A DNA stretch of 64,000 nucleotides from Squalus acanthias (lineage: Eukaryota), in the NCBI GenBank assembly GCA_030390025.1, contig CM059433.1, positions 108,376,001 to 108,440,000 of the forward strand. Direction: 5' to 3'. Within the stretch, counting starts at the first letter, position 1; every line of letters begins with the position of its first letter. Made by a program: the position numbers and the translations under genes. Below the pieces are notes generated by a model. That model was given only the letters and a program-made list of their open reading frames with translations. It was not told where the DNA came from and ran no database searches. Positions 24,223 through 36,497 of the stretch are shown in pieces.

Positions 24223-27200
24223 GGGCTGGATTTTGCCGGCGCTCAGAGGGCGGGTTTGGAGGCGGGTCAAAGGTTAAAATCGATTTGATTGACGGCGGAT
24301 TGCGATCCCGCCGTCAACCTGCCTCCAAACAATTTTCCAAAGTGTCGGGTCCCGATTTGCGCATGGACTCAACACCTAGCGGCGGGCAGAGGATTAAAGG
24401 CAATTACCTGCCTATTAATAGAATCATAGAAAGTTACAGCACGGAAGGAGGCCATTTTGGCCCATCGTCTCCGCGCCGGCCAACAAAGAGCTATCCAGCC
24501 TAATCCCACTTCCCAGCTCTTGGTCCGTAGCCCTGGAGGTTAGAGCATCCCAAGTGCACAACCAAGTACTTTTTAAATGTGGTTAGGGTTCCTGCCTCTA
24601 CCACCCTTTCAGGCAGTGAGTTCCAGACCCCCACAACCCTCTGGGTGAAGAAATTTCCCCTCAAATCCCCCCTAAACCTTCCCCCAGTTACTTTAAATCT
24701 GTGCCCCCTGGTTTTTGACCCCTCTGCTAAGGGAAATAGGTCCTTTCTATCCACATTATCTATGCCCCTCATAATTTTATACACCTCAATAAGGTCTCCC
24801 CTCAGCCTCCTCTGTTCCAAGGAAAACAGACCCAGCCTATCCAGTCGTTCCTCATAGCTAAAATTCTCCACTCCCGGCAACATCCTTGTAAATCTCCTCT
24901 GTACCCTCTCTAGTGCAATCACATCTTTCCTGTAATGTGGTGACCAGAACTGCACGCAGTACTCTAGCTGAGGCCTAACTAGTGTTTTATACAGTTGAAG
25001 CATAACCCCCCTGCTCTTGTATTCTATGCCACGGCTAATAAAGGCAAGCATTCCGTATGCCTTCTTAACCACCTTATCTACTTGGCCTGCTACCTTCAGG
25101 GATCTGTGGACATGCACTCCAAGGTCCCTTTGTTCCTCTACACTATTCAGTGTCCTACCATTTAATGTGTATTCCCTTTCCTTGTTAGCCCTCCCCAAAT
25201 GCATTACCTCACACTTCTCCGGATTGAATTCCATTTGCCACTGTTCTGCCCACCTGACCAATTTATTGATATCTTCCTGCAGTCTACAGCTTCCTTCTTC
25301 AGTATCAACCACACAGCCGATTTTAGTATCATCTGCAAACTTCTTAATCATACCCCTATATTCAAGTCAAGATCGTTGAGATATACCACAAAAAGCAAGG
25401 GACCTAGTACTGAGCCCTGCGGAACCCCACTGGAAACAGCCTTCCAGTCTCAAAAACACCCATCAACCATTACCCTCTGCTTCATGTCTCCGAGCCAGTT
25501 TTGAATCCAACTTGACACTTTGCCCTGGATCCCATGGGCTTTTAACTTCGTGACCAGTCTGCCATGTGGAACCTTATCAAAAGCCTTGCTAAAGTCCATA
25601 TACACTACATCAAATGCACGACCCTCATCTACCCTCCTTGTTACCTCCTCAAAAAATTCAATCAAGTTTGTCAGACATGACCTTCCCTTAACAAATCCGT
25701 GCTGACTATCCTTGATTAATCCGTGTCTTTCTAAATGAAGATTTATCCTGTCCTTCAGAATTCTTTCCAATAATTTTCCCACCACCGAGGTTAGGCTGAC
25801 TGGCCTGTAATTACTCGGTCTATCCTTTTCTCCCTTTTTAAACAAGGGTACCACATTAACAGTCCTCCAGCACCACACCTGAAGCCAGAGAGGATCGAAA
25901 AATGATGGCCAGGGCCTCTGCTATTTCCTCTTTTGCTTCGCTTAACAGCCTGGGATACATTTCATCCGGGTCTGGGGATCTATCCATTTTTAAAGCTGCT
26001 AAACCCCTTAATACTTCCTCTCTCACTATGTTTATTTCATCTAATATTCCACACTCCTCCCCCCCCCGATAGCAATGTCTGCTTCGCCCCTCTCCTTTGT
26101 GAAAACAGACGCAAAGTATTTATTAAGAACCCTACCGACGTCTCCCGCCTCCACACACAGATTACCCTCATGATCTCTAATAGGCCCTACCCTTTCTTTA
26201 GTTATCCTCTTACTCTTAATATATTTATAAAACATCTTTGGGTTTTCCTTGATTTTACTTGCCAAGAATTTTTCATGCTCTATTTTTGCTTTCCTAATAT
26301 TTTTAATTGCACCCCTGCACTTTCTGTACTCCTCTAAAGATTCTGGAGTATTTAGCCCTCGGTATCTGTCATACGCCTCCCTTTTTTTCTTTATCCTACC
26401 CAGGGGGCTCTAGATTTGTTAGTCCCACCTTTTTTCTTTAAGGGCACATGTTTGGTCTGAACCCTCCGGATCTCCTCCTTGAATGCATCCCACTGCTCTG
26501 ACTCTGATTTACCTTCAAGTAGCTGTTTCCAGTCCACTATGGCTAAATTCCCTCTGAGCTTAGCAAAGTTTGCTTTTCCCCAATTTAGAATTTTTATTCC
26601 TGGTCCATCCTTGTCCTTTTCCATAACTACCTTAAATCTAACAGAATTATGGTCACTAGCACCAAAATGCTCCCCCACGGATACGCCTTCTACCTGCCCA
26701 GCTTCATTCCCTAAAACTAAGTCCAGAACCGCCCCCTCCCTTGTTGGGCTTGCTACATACTGGCTAAAAAAGTTCTGCTGGATGCATTTTAGGAATTCTG
26801 CACCTTCTATACCCTTCACACTAATTTTATCCCAGTTAATATTGCGGTAGTTGAAATCCCCTACTATTACTGCCCTATAGTTTTTGCACTTCTCAGAAAT
26901 TTGTTGACTTATTTGTTCTTCTATCTCCCTCTCACTGTTTGGGGGTCTGAAGTACACTCCCAGCAGTGTGATTGCCCCTTTTTTGTTTTCCAATTCAACC
27001 CATATGGCCTCGTTTGATGATCCCTCCAACATATCATCCCTCCTCACAGCTGTAATAGTATCTTTAATCAATTCCACGACCCCCCCTCCCTTTTTACCTC
27101 CCTCTCTATCCCGTCTGAAAATCCTGTAACCAGGAATGTTGAGCTGCCATACCTGCCCCTCTTTCAGCCACGTCTCTGTAATAGCTATAATATCATAGTC

Positions 27201-29370
27201 CCAAGTATCTACCTGTGCCCTCAGCTCATCTGCCTTGTTCGCTATACTCCTTGCATTGAAGTATATACCATTTAGTACAGGCAAACCTCCTTGTTGACTA
27301 CTATCTAGCCCTTGATTCCTCTGTCCTTCCAATTTACTTTCTACGTTTTTGTTTTCCAATTCCAGTTTTTCTTCCCTCCCTATTGACTCTATACTTAGGT
27401 TCCCATCCCCCTGCCAAGCTAGTTTAAACCCTCTCCAACAGCACTAGCAAACCCTCCTGTGAGGTAATTGGTCCCGTTCCCGTTGAGGTGCAACCCGTCT
27501 GGCTTGTAGAGGTCCCACCTCCCCCAGAAATGGTTCCAATTCCTCAGGAATCTAAAGCCCTCCCTCCTACACCATCTCTCCAGCCACGCATTCATCTGCT
27601 CTATCTTCCTATTTCTGAACTCACTAGCATGTGGCACTGGTAGTAATCCGAAGATTACTACCTTTTGAGGTCCTGCTTTTTAACCTCTTTCCTAGCTCCC
27701 TAAACTCTACCTGCAGGACCTCATTCCTCTTCCTACCTATGTCGTTGGTACTGATATGGACCACGACCTCTGGCTGTTCACCCTCCCCCCTCAGTATGCC
27801 CTGCAGCCATTCAGTGACATCCTTGACACTGGAACCAGGGAGGCAACATACCAACCTGGAGTCACGTCTACGGCTGCAGAAACGCCTGTCTGCTCCCCTA
27901 ACTATTGAATCCCCTATCACTACTGCTCTCCCTCTCCTCTTCCCCCCCTGCCTGTGCAGCTGAGCCTTCCATGGTGCTGTGGACTTGGCTCTGGCTGCAA
28001 TCCCCAGAGGAACCATCGCCCTCACCAGTACTCAGCACCGAATACTGGTTGGTGAGCAAGATGGGCTCAGGGGACTCCTGCACTACCTGCCTGATCCTCC
28101 TCTTCTGTCTGACGGTCACCCATTCCCTCTCTGCCTGCACACTCTTAAGCTACGGGGTGACCACCTCCCGAAACGTGCTATCCACGTAGCTCTCAGCCTC
28201 GTGGATGCACAGCAGTGACTGCAGCCACCGCTCAAGCTCCGTAACCCGGTGCTTGAGCTGCTGTAGCTGGCGACACTTCCCGCACATGTGGTCGTCCAGA
28301 CCACGGGAGTTGTCCAGGACTTCCCACATGGCACAGGATGTGCATTCCACGGGTGTGAGCTGCCCTGCCATACCTCTAATTAACCTCTAATTTACTAACC
28401 TAGCTGGAATAAACTTAAAAACTTTAAGAAAACCAAGTAAAAACACTTAACAGATACTCACCTATCAGCTCCCTCCCCTTGGGCCAACGTCACTTTTGAC
28501 TTCTGACGTCACTCTTTGAAAATTCTGCCTGTGCTGAGTTGGTACCGCCACCGCCTCGCTGCTCCTCCCAGGTCCGCACTTCCGCCGCTGCTGCTGCGGC
28601 TGTGGGGCCTACCTGCGCCTCAGGCTCTCTTTATACTGCCGCCTCGCCACTCCTCCCAGGTCTGCACTGCCGCCGCTGCTGCTGGTGCTGTGGAACAGCT
28701 AGTTGCTAGTAGTTGACAGGTTATTTTTCAATTTTGCCGCTTCTCGCTCGGGTTTCCTGACATCCAGACACCACGCCAGGTAAGTGTGACGTGTTGTGAG
28801 TCTGCTGTAAAGTATGTGGATTGATGACAGCTGCAGAGTGGTGTGAAGGATCCAATTGCTCTGGTGAGTCTGAGGTAAGAAAATGTTGGGAAATGCATTT
28901 TTAATACTTTTATACATTTCTTTAGGTTACAAGTTTTGAAATCCATGTCCAGTGCCACCTCATTGGGAGAACCTCTCTCACCAGTGACAAATCGCTTCTG
29001 TCAGCTCACCTGCAGCTGCCATCTATTCCAGCCTATGGAGGGAGTCATTAGAGAGCCTGGGTGCAAGAGGTCACCTTTGTACAGTGATTGTCAGTGTTTG
29101 CAGCACCTCAATGCTGTCAAACACTGAGAAATGTGCTGTCAAAAAAAAAATTGTGCATGGTCCCTTTAAGAAAACCGGCAGATGACACGTCATCAAATGA
29201 CGTCATCTGACCGGCTTCCTCTTAATTGGCCAGCAAGCCCGCAGGGTGGGCTTAACAAGGTCAATCAACGTAAAATCACGTCTGTGGGCCGGATTCAGTT
29301 GGAGGCGGGACTGGAAGCCAGAAACCACCTGACCCGCACCCAACCCGCCTCCATTGAAAAAAACGCGGCC
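24223..29370. mobile_element. Non-autonomous Harbinger-like element (related to 4303-5996) split by a near full-length CR1
   Basis: Left end gggctggattttgccggcgctcagagggcggg. The right part (28700-29370) shares ggtccctttaag..aaccggc.gatgac and gcttaacaagg.caatc with 5800-5910 and ends at aaaacgcggcc. Confidence 0.7.
24419..28695 (-). mobile_element. Near full-length CR1 LINE (5'UTR, ORF1 zinc finger plus SGNH esterase, ORF2 APE-EN plus RT), frameshifted
   Basis: ORF1 has CTSC...CGKC, VVIGDSIVR and YKPDGLHLN. ORF2 has YFNARSI...AITETWL...GDFN...SDHN, then [11 protein letters not shown] and FADDTK. A 3' tail is present. Confidence 0.95.
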
Positions 29371-29450
29371 TTCATTTCCACTTGCGGGCATTTATGCATT
29401 TTCCTTATTCTTGGGATAATTTCATCCTACTTATTGTTATTGATGTACAG

Positions 29451-29673
29451 ATTTCTACTAAGACCAAAAGCCCTAAACTTAAAGACAAGAAGCCCTTTGG
29501 TGGGAGCTATGCATCTGTCAAAAGTTCAGGCTATGGCAAAGTCAGTCCATCAAAGAAAGAATCCCTTGGTGCTGGTGAAAGACAAACTCATTTGACTCCA
29601 CCAAAGCAAACTACGACAATTAAGGGTACTAAAGCCAGATCCCCATCTAATCATACAAAAGGCAAATCAAAAG
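29451..29673 (+). CDS. CEP162: CEP162 coding exon (ISTKTKSPKLKDKKPFGGSYASVKSSGYGK...)
   Basis: Acceptor tacag, donor G|gtaagg, 223 nt. YASVKSSGYGK matches recalled human YASVRSSGYGK. Confidence 0.9.
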
Positions 29674-29779
29674 GTAAGGTTTTTTTTTCCAGTCTGTAAA
29701 ATGTTGACAATATAGAGAGATTGTAGCGTTTATTTTGAAATGTTTTTAACCTGAGAGAAGTGGTGATTTTAAAAAATTA

Positions 29780-29960
29780 ATTCTTGGGATATGCGCATTG
29801 CTAACAAGCCCAGCATTTATTGTTCATCCCTAGATGTCCTTGTGAAGAAGGTGGTGAGCCGCCTTCTTGAACCGCTGCAGTCCATGTGATAAAGGTACTC
29901 CCACATAGGGAGTTCCAGGATTTTGATTCAGCGATGATGAAGGAATAACAATATATGACC
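29780..29960 (-). mobile_element. LINE/SINE 3' end (shark CR1/L2-like tail family)
   Basis: ccagcatttattg...gaaggtggtgagccgccttcttgaaccgctgcag is shared with copies at 39375, 53000 and 61320. Confidence 0.6.
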
Positions 29961-30292
29961 AAGTTGAGATTTATTTTAAAATATTTTAAAATATTTAAGT
30001 CAAAATATTTCAAGGAGCAGTATTTTTAGATGCAAGAATTACCAGCATTAATCTTCCTGTATGTACACCAATCAATGTGGCTGGAACTGGTGTTCTTGAA
30101 AGCCCAAATAAATATTTACTGTTGAGAACAAATGAATGTCTTTAATCAGGTTATTTAAACTCTATAATGGCACATTATTTTGCAACATTAACTGGTAGTT
30201 TGCCTCTGCTGAAGTGCTTGTTGCATGTAATCTTAGGATGTGCTGCACAGGATGTTTTTTTAAAAAGTAGCACCATTTGATTCAGTCTTCTT

Positions 30293-30377
30293 CATAAGAA
30301 CATAAGAACTAGAAGCAGGAGTAGGCCATTTGGCCCCTCGAGCCTGCTCCGCCATTCAATAAGATCATGGCTGATCA
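30293..30377 (-). mobile_element. CR1 extreme 3' end
   Basis: cataagaacataagaa...gccattcaataagatcatggctgatc. Confidence 0.85.
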
Positions 30378-30583
30378 TTTACTTCATCTTTATTTTTTAG
30401 TCTGACTATGGTCATTTCTTTGTAATAATTTGTATAACATTACTGACTTTTTTGCCAACTACAGTTGTTTGTCCTCCTTTAGCAACACTAACTCAAACCG
30501 TCAACCATGTTCTTTTATGCTAAAATGGATAACTTGATCAGAGTGCATAATTTGTACTTTACCTTTCACCCTTGCTCAAACAG

Positions 30584-30753
30584 GGCAGTTATTTGCAACC
30601 CGGATGATCAGATCATCAAAGCACAAATCTGCTGAAAATGACTTTGAAAGTCAGTTATTTACCTCGGTGCCGTTATTTACTTCATACCTTCAGCAGCAGA
30701 TCAACAGTAGGCCAAGCCATGCAGAGTTACTCGGTGGCCACACGCCAGAACAG
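30584..30753 (+). CDS. CEP162: CEP162 coding exon (QLFATRMIRSSKHKS...HTPEQ)
   Basis: Pyrimidine tract plus aaacag acceptor, donor CAG|gtaaaa, 170 nt. It supplies the phase 1 to phase 0 link needed between the flanking exons. Confidence 0.8.
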
Positions 30754-30789
30754 GTAAAATTTAAAGCAGTTGTACGTAGTCAGTGTTCT

Positions 30790-32050
30790 ATCTACTTTGA
30801 CAACAGTAACTATTTATATAGCATTCTTGGGTAAAATAAATGCCTGAGTGCTTACCAATGTGGAAAGGGGGATACCAAATAGGAAAAAGGAAGAAATTGA
30901 GGTGGGGGAGACTGAACACATGGTCAAAGAGAAGAAATTTTAAGAGGCTTCTGCGATCAAGGAGGAAGTTAGTGAGGTGAAGTGGTTTGTGAAGAAAATT
31001 TGGTATCATACTGAATGAGTGATCAGCTTCCAGTGGTGGAGTGGAGAGCACAGGGAACATACAGGAGTTGGGAGCAGTAGACAGGGGCTGAGGGTCATTC
31101 AGAGAGGGTGGAGCAAGGCATGATTTGAACTTGATCTTGGTATCTATTTTCCTGGGATGAGAGGCTGTCCTATGATGAGAGATTGTGTAGAATGGGCCTA
31201 TACTCTCTGGAGTTTAGAAGAATGAGAGGTGATCTCATTGAAACATACAAGATTCTGAAGGGAATTGATAGGGTAGATGCTGAGAGGTTGTTTCCCCTGG
31301 CTGGAGTGTCTAGAACTAGGGGGCATAATCTCAGGATAAGGGGTAGGCCATTTAAGACTGAGATGAGGAGGAATTTCTTCATTCAGACGGTTGTGAATCT
31401 TTGGAATTCTCTGCCCAGAGGGCTGTGAATGCTGAGTCTTTGAGTATATTCAAGGCTGAGATAGATAGATTTTTGGACTCCAGGGGAATCGAGGGATATG
31501 GGGGTCGGGCAGGAAAGTGGAGTTGAGGTCGATGATCAGCCGTGAGCTTATTGAATGGCGGAGCAGGCTCGAGGGGCCATATGGCCTACTCCTGCTCTTA
31601 TTTCTTCTTTGCAAGATCACAAGAAACTTAGCAAGAACAGGGATAATGGGTGTGCAAGAGGGGACATGGACCCACAGAATTCTGGATTAGTTGATTGTGA
31701 CAGATGAATGTGGAAAGGTGATGAAATAATGTACAGGTTTTATCAGCGGTGGGTATTGTTCTGGAGATGAAATGTAATACTGTGACAGACCAGTTGTGGA
31801 ATAGGAAGCTTGGCTCAGATTTGAACAGGACATTAAGATGCAGCACCACCGGATTCAGGGCCAGAGACACGTCGGAATTAGCAGGAGCTGAAAAGGATGA
31901 CTTTGATTTTACCAACTTTGAACTGAAGGTAATTTTGACTCATTTCATGATTTAATAATTGAAACGGATTAAGAAACTATAGCAATAGCCTTGGTGTTAA
32001 TGGTGGTTGTGGAACATAGAGTCGGATGTTGCTGAGGACTTGGATTTTGG
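30790..32050 (-). mobile_element. Old L2-type LINE remnant containing a + strand CR1 3' fragment (31150-31607)
   Basis: L2 3' tail at 30790-30930. CR1 ORF 31183..31428 contains RRMRGDLIETYKIL. Confidence 0.65.
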
Positions 32051-32913
32051 AACAAGGGGAGCATATCCAAGTTTTCACATAACACTAAGCTAGGAATAAT
32101 CATGAATGGAGAAGAGGAGAATGAAAAATAATAAAAAGGACCACCCAAGTGAAGCCAGTTATAGCAACCTCATCAACATCCTAACAGATCAGCTAATTCA
32201 GCGCAGACTGGGGTTCAAAACCTGGAATCTTCCTCTTCCCTGGCCTCTGCTGATAGTGCTCCAAAGCTAGGCATGAGTGTGAGCCAACCAGGGTGATTTG
32301 GCCCTGAGATTGCCCCCTACATCACAGCCCAGCACCACCTATCCCACCACTGTCGACCCCAACATGGAGCCCCTACACCTTTATCATTGCTCTCAGCCAG
32401 TGAATGCTCCGCACCTCCATGCTCCCAGATTGCAACACCTCTCCATTCCTTCCATTTCTGTACCCAATCCCAGTGCTCCCAGATCCTAGGATCACCCCCT
32501 CAAAACAAACTGACCACGCTCCCCAGTACTGCTCCATGTAGTACTTACCACCTACCTCTTATCTGCTGCATCCTGGAATATATTTTTTCCATCTTCTGTG
32601 TTTTGGACATTTGTTTTGTTTAAAGTTGAAATAAAATTAACCATGTACTTAAAGGAATATATAGTAATAATCAAGGCCACTGAGTTACAATTTCCATTTT
32701 ACAAATATACACCTAATCATGGCAATCAACCCAAAATACTGCTGAGACTCCCACAATACTGAGTTTAAAATAAAACACAATTCAGCTTATACAATCACTG
32801 CAAGTCAGTCACCCTGTTACTATATTGTATGTTACCTGAGATAAAATGGTGTATTCTCTGACTCCACAGGCGATCTCTGTATATTTCCTAAAGTGTGATC
32901 CTTATTTTGATAG

Positions 32914-33165
32914 TTAATTACAAGAGATGATGAAGAGATGTCAAAAGAATATGGACAGAGTTTACCAGAGCTCAGTAATGTAACTAGAGAGCTTTCCCTG
33001 CTACAAAAACTGGAAGAAGCACATGAGAAATGGAGCACAGAGCACAGCCTGGTTGAGAAGTTGAAAGAAAAATTGGTATTGAAAGAAAGGGAACTTGTTG
33101 ACAAAGACCAAGAGCTGAAGAAACTTCCTCAACTAAACGAGGAGATTTATATACTTCAAACAAAG
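32914..33165 (+). CDS. CEP162: CEP162 coding exon, start of coiled coil (...LLQKLEEAHEKWSTEHSLVEKLKEK...IYILQTK)
   Basis: Acceptor ttttgatag, donor AAG|gtaaat, 252 nt, phase 0/0. Similar to recalled human KRVQEAEDKW...NYILQAK. Confidence 0.9.
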
Positions 33166-33514
33166 GTAAATGTGGTTTTCACAGAGTTCTCAGAAACTAC
33201 AATATGACCAGAAGAAACTGTGTTAAATGTACCAGAAACATGATGGATTGTATAAATTTGTATCATTGCACATCTACAGTTTCAGTCAGAGCCGATTAAA
33301 CAGGGTTATTTGTGATGTAGGAGAAATGGATGGATTTAGAGTTTAGGGATAATTATACTGTTAACCTGCATATTTAGACTCTAAATTGCCCTACATAAAA
33401 CCAACTCAAATAAAAAGACAGTCACAGCCAGCAAGCAACATGAGCATAATGCAACACTGACAAAGTTGCTCTTTGCTCACTTGGAAGACATCAAAGACTT
33501 CACACCAATGCATT

Positions 33515-34253
33515 GGCCCAGATTTTGCGGTCGGTATGGCGGTATACTCTAAGAGTACGCCACCATACCTCCTTTGAAATCCACTGCAAGTTCTGGATTT
33601 CTGCATGTGCTTGCGCATGCACAAAATCCGGAACTTGCGGTCTGCCACGTACGCATTGACAGGCCATCCATGCAGGCCATGAAAAAGCAATTGCTGGCAC
33701 AGCGTTGGGCTATTTTCCCACTGATTGGCCAGCAATTGCGCATGAAAATGTTATGGTTGATGCAAACAGGACAGGGCCTTTTTGCATCAGTGTAAGGGGA
33801 TACCTCAAGCATGATTGAAACATTTTCATATCAGAAATTATACACATACACTGTATCAAATGAGTTTCTGCAAATATTGGCCCAGATTAGAGTTTAATGA
33901 TGTTGAAAATTACCAAAAAATTAAATTTTTAGTGAGGTTGGTGGAATTAAGCTAATTACAAATTAAATTCCAATTCTGTATATTATAATTAGATCAGATT
34001 TCGGGATTCCATTACATCTCATTATGGGATTCCCTTCGGAAATGACTAAAATCAAATTCTACTATGTGATTGGAGGACCAGGCCCACGTGATCCCAGGTA
34101 CGCTTCCGCACCGCCTGGGATCCATGGGCCATTACACCTCGCATCCTGAGACCGCAAATTTTGGCAGCCTCGCCGCCATCAGGTAGGTGCGTAATTCTTT
34201 TGCAGGTCGGAAGCGTACTCCGGAGGTACACCTCCGACTGCAATTTTAGGCCC
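33515..34253. mobile_element. Harbinger-like MITE with subterminal hairpins
   Basis: TIR ggcccagattttgcggtcgg versus ccgactgcaattttaggccc, flanked by att/atg. Confidence 0.7.
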
Positions 34254-34377
34254 ATGGTGTACTAGTAAACAATTCATCATTCAGCCATTTGTAAAATAGC
34301 TTGACACTGCAACTGTGCACATGATAATCATAAATAGCAATAAAACCAGACCTTTAAAATTAAAATAATGTAGTTTA

Positions 34378-35520
34378 AGAACATAGGAAGAATCAAACAT
34401 GAGAAAAGAGAATTTTGCCCATCAATGTTCATCCCTCTAGTAGCCTAACTCTCCTTTTGTAGCATTCAGTTGCATGTTTTTGTCTCCACTTCCCTGCCTG
34501 GCAGATTATTCCAAACACTTATCACGGAGTCCTAGAATCTGCTTTTCACCAATTTGAATTTAAGTATTCTGGGTCTACTTTCCTACTTTAACTTGTAGTA
34601 TTCTGGGTTATGTTATCTATACCATTTAATATTTTATATATCTTGATAAGGTTCTCTTAGCTGTTTTCTTTCTCGACTATGAAACTTGTGCTTCTCTGAT
34701 CTTTTGTTATACCTCATCCCTAACTCTAATTACACTTTGAATCAGCTTTATTGTTCTTTCCTGCATGCTCCCTTGTGCTGTATTTACCAGAAATCAACAT
34801 GCCCAATTTGTTTTTAAGTTTCCCTCCGCCAATTAAATCCCATTCATTGTATATTTTTGATGTACATTTTTTTTTAATAGGCAGTATGTAATAGTTTAAT
34901 TAGTCATAAATTGAATTTGTATGTATCGATCCTACAGCTGATCTAAATCCTCTTTCAAATGTATTGATGAGTCTGTTTCTACTGCTTTGCCTATTTCTGT
35001 GTGATTGGCAAATTTGACCAGCTTATGATTGGTTTCAGTAACCAGGTCATTTATTACATGTAGTTTGAAAACAATAGGGCTCTAATCACTAATATAAAAT
35101 AAAAACAAAATGCTGGAAATACTCAGCAGGACAGGCAGCATCTGTGGAGAGAGAAACAGAGTTAACGTTTCAGGTCGATGACCTTTCGTCAGACCTAATC
35201 ACTACTGTCTTCATGACTCCACTTTGCACATTTCCCAGTCTGATATTACACCTCTCACAAATCCTATAGGTTTCCTATATCTACTTTAAAAAAAATCAAA
35301 TACCATGATCTACATTGAATTCTTGTAACTTTTCATTCTGTGGAAACAACTTCTAATTTTAGTTTAATTAGCTGTCTTTCACTTGGAACATTGTCCAAAA
35401 CTATCTAAAAGTCTACACACTATCTACTTTTATCTGTATCATCTTCAAAAAAAGTTAAGGAGGTTTGTTAGGCACAATCTTTTCCTTCAAATCAATGTTG
35501 GCTATGACCTATTTCTATAT
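34378..35520 (-). mobile_element. Old degenerate CR1 remnant
   Basis: aagaacatagg tail and decayed RT-like segments. Confidence 0.55.
35092..35194 (-). mobile_element. Penelope pseudo-LTR fragment with hammerhead core, 10-bp TSD
   Basis: TSD ctaatcacta at 35082-35091 and 35195-35204. Minus strand reads CTGACGA-A-AGGTC-atc-GACCT-GAAA-CGTT-AACT. Confidence 0.85.
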
Positions 35521-35945
35521 AGGTCTCCTACAGCCTATCTCTTTGAATAAATTGAATTATTTTACCAAAGCAAAATACTGCAGATGCTGGAAATGTGAAA
35601 TAAAAACAGAAAATACGGGAAATACTCAACAGGTCAGGCAGCATCTGTGGAGAGAGAAACAGAGATAACATTTCAGGTTGATGACCTTTCATCAGAACTA
35701 GAAAATGTTACAGAATTAACAGGTTTTAAGCAAGTACAGAGGAAGAGGAATGGGAGGAAAGAACAAAATGGTAGGTCTGTGATGGGGTGGAAGGCAGGAG
35801 AGATTAAATGACAAAAGGGACGATGATGCAAGGCAAAAGGGCGTGGTAATGGGGCAAGGAAAGAAACAAAAGATGGGTCTAGAAGAGGTGTAAATGGGAA
35901 TAGCAGAATCATCAACAGCTGCCGTCCAAAAAAAATGGGGGCAGA

Positions 35946-36497
35946 GAACATAAGAATTAGGAGCAGGAGTAGGCCATACGGCCCCTCGAGCCTGCTCCGC
36001 CATTCAGTAAGATCGTGGCTGATCTTCGACTTTCACTCCACTTTCCTGCCCTATTCCCATATCCCTTGATTCCAAAAATCTCTCTATCTCAGCCTTGAAT
36101 ATACTCAACGACTGAGCATCCACAGCTCTTTGGGACAGAGAATTCTAAAGACTCTCAACCCTCTGAGTGAAGAAATTCCACCTCATCTCAGTCTTAAAAG
36201 GCCGACCCCTTATTCTGAAACTATGACCCCTGGTTCTAGACTCTCCAGCCAATCTCTCAGCATCTATCCACCTCAGAATCTTATGTTTCAATGAGATCAC
36301 CTCTCATTCTTTTAAACTCCAGAGAGTATAGGCTCAATCTCTCCTCATAGGACAACCCTCTCATCCCAGAAATCAATCTAGTGAATCTTCGTTGCATCAC
36401 CTCTAAGGCAAGTATATCCTTCCTCAGATAAGGAGAGCAAAACTCTGCACAGTATCCAGGTGTGGTCTCACCAAGACCCTGTACAATTATGATTACA
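35946..36497 (-). mobile_element. CR1 3' fragment inserted in the Penelope 3' region
   Basis: CR1 tail aacataagaattaggagcagg. The flanks gggcagag|ggttat rejoin as in the uninterrupted copy at 37861-37875. Confidence 0.88.
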
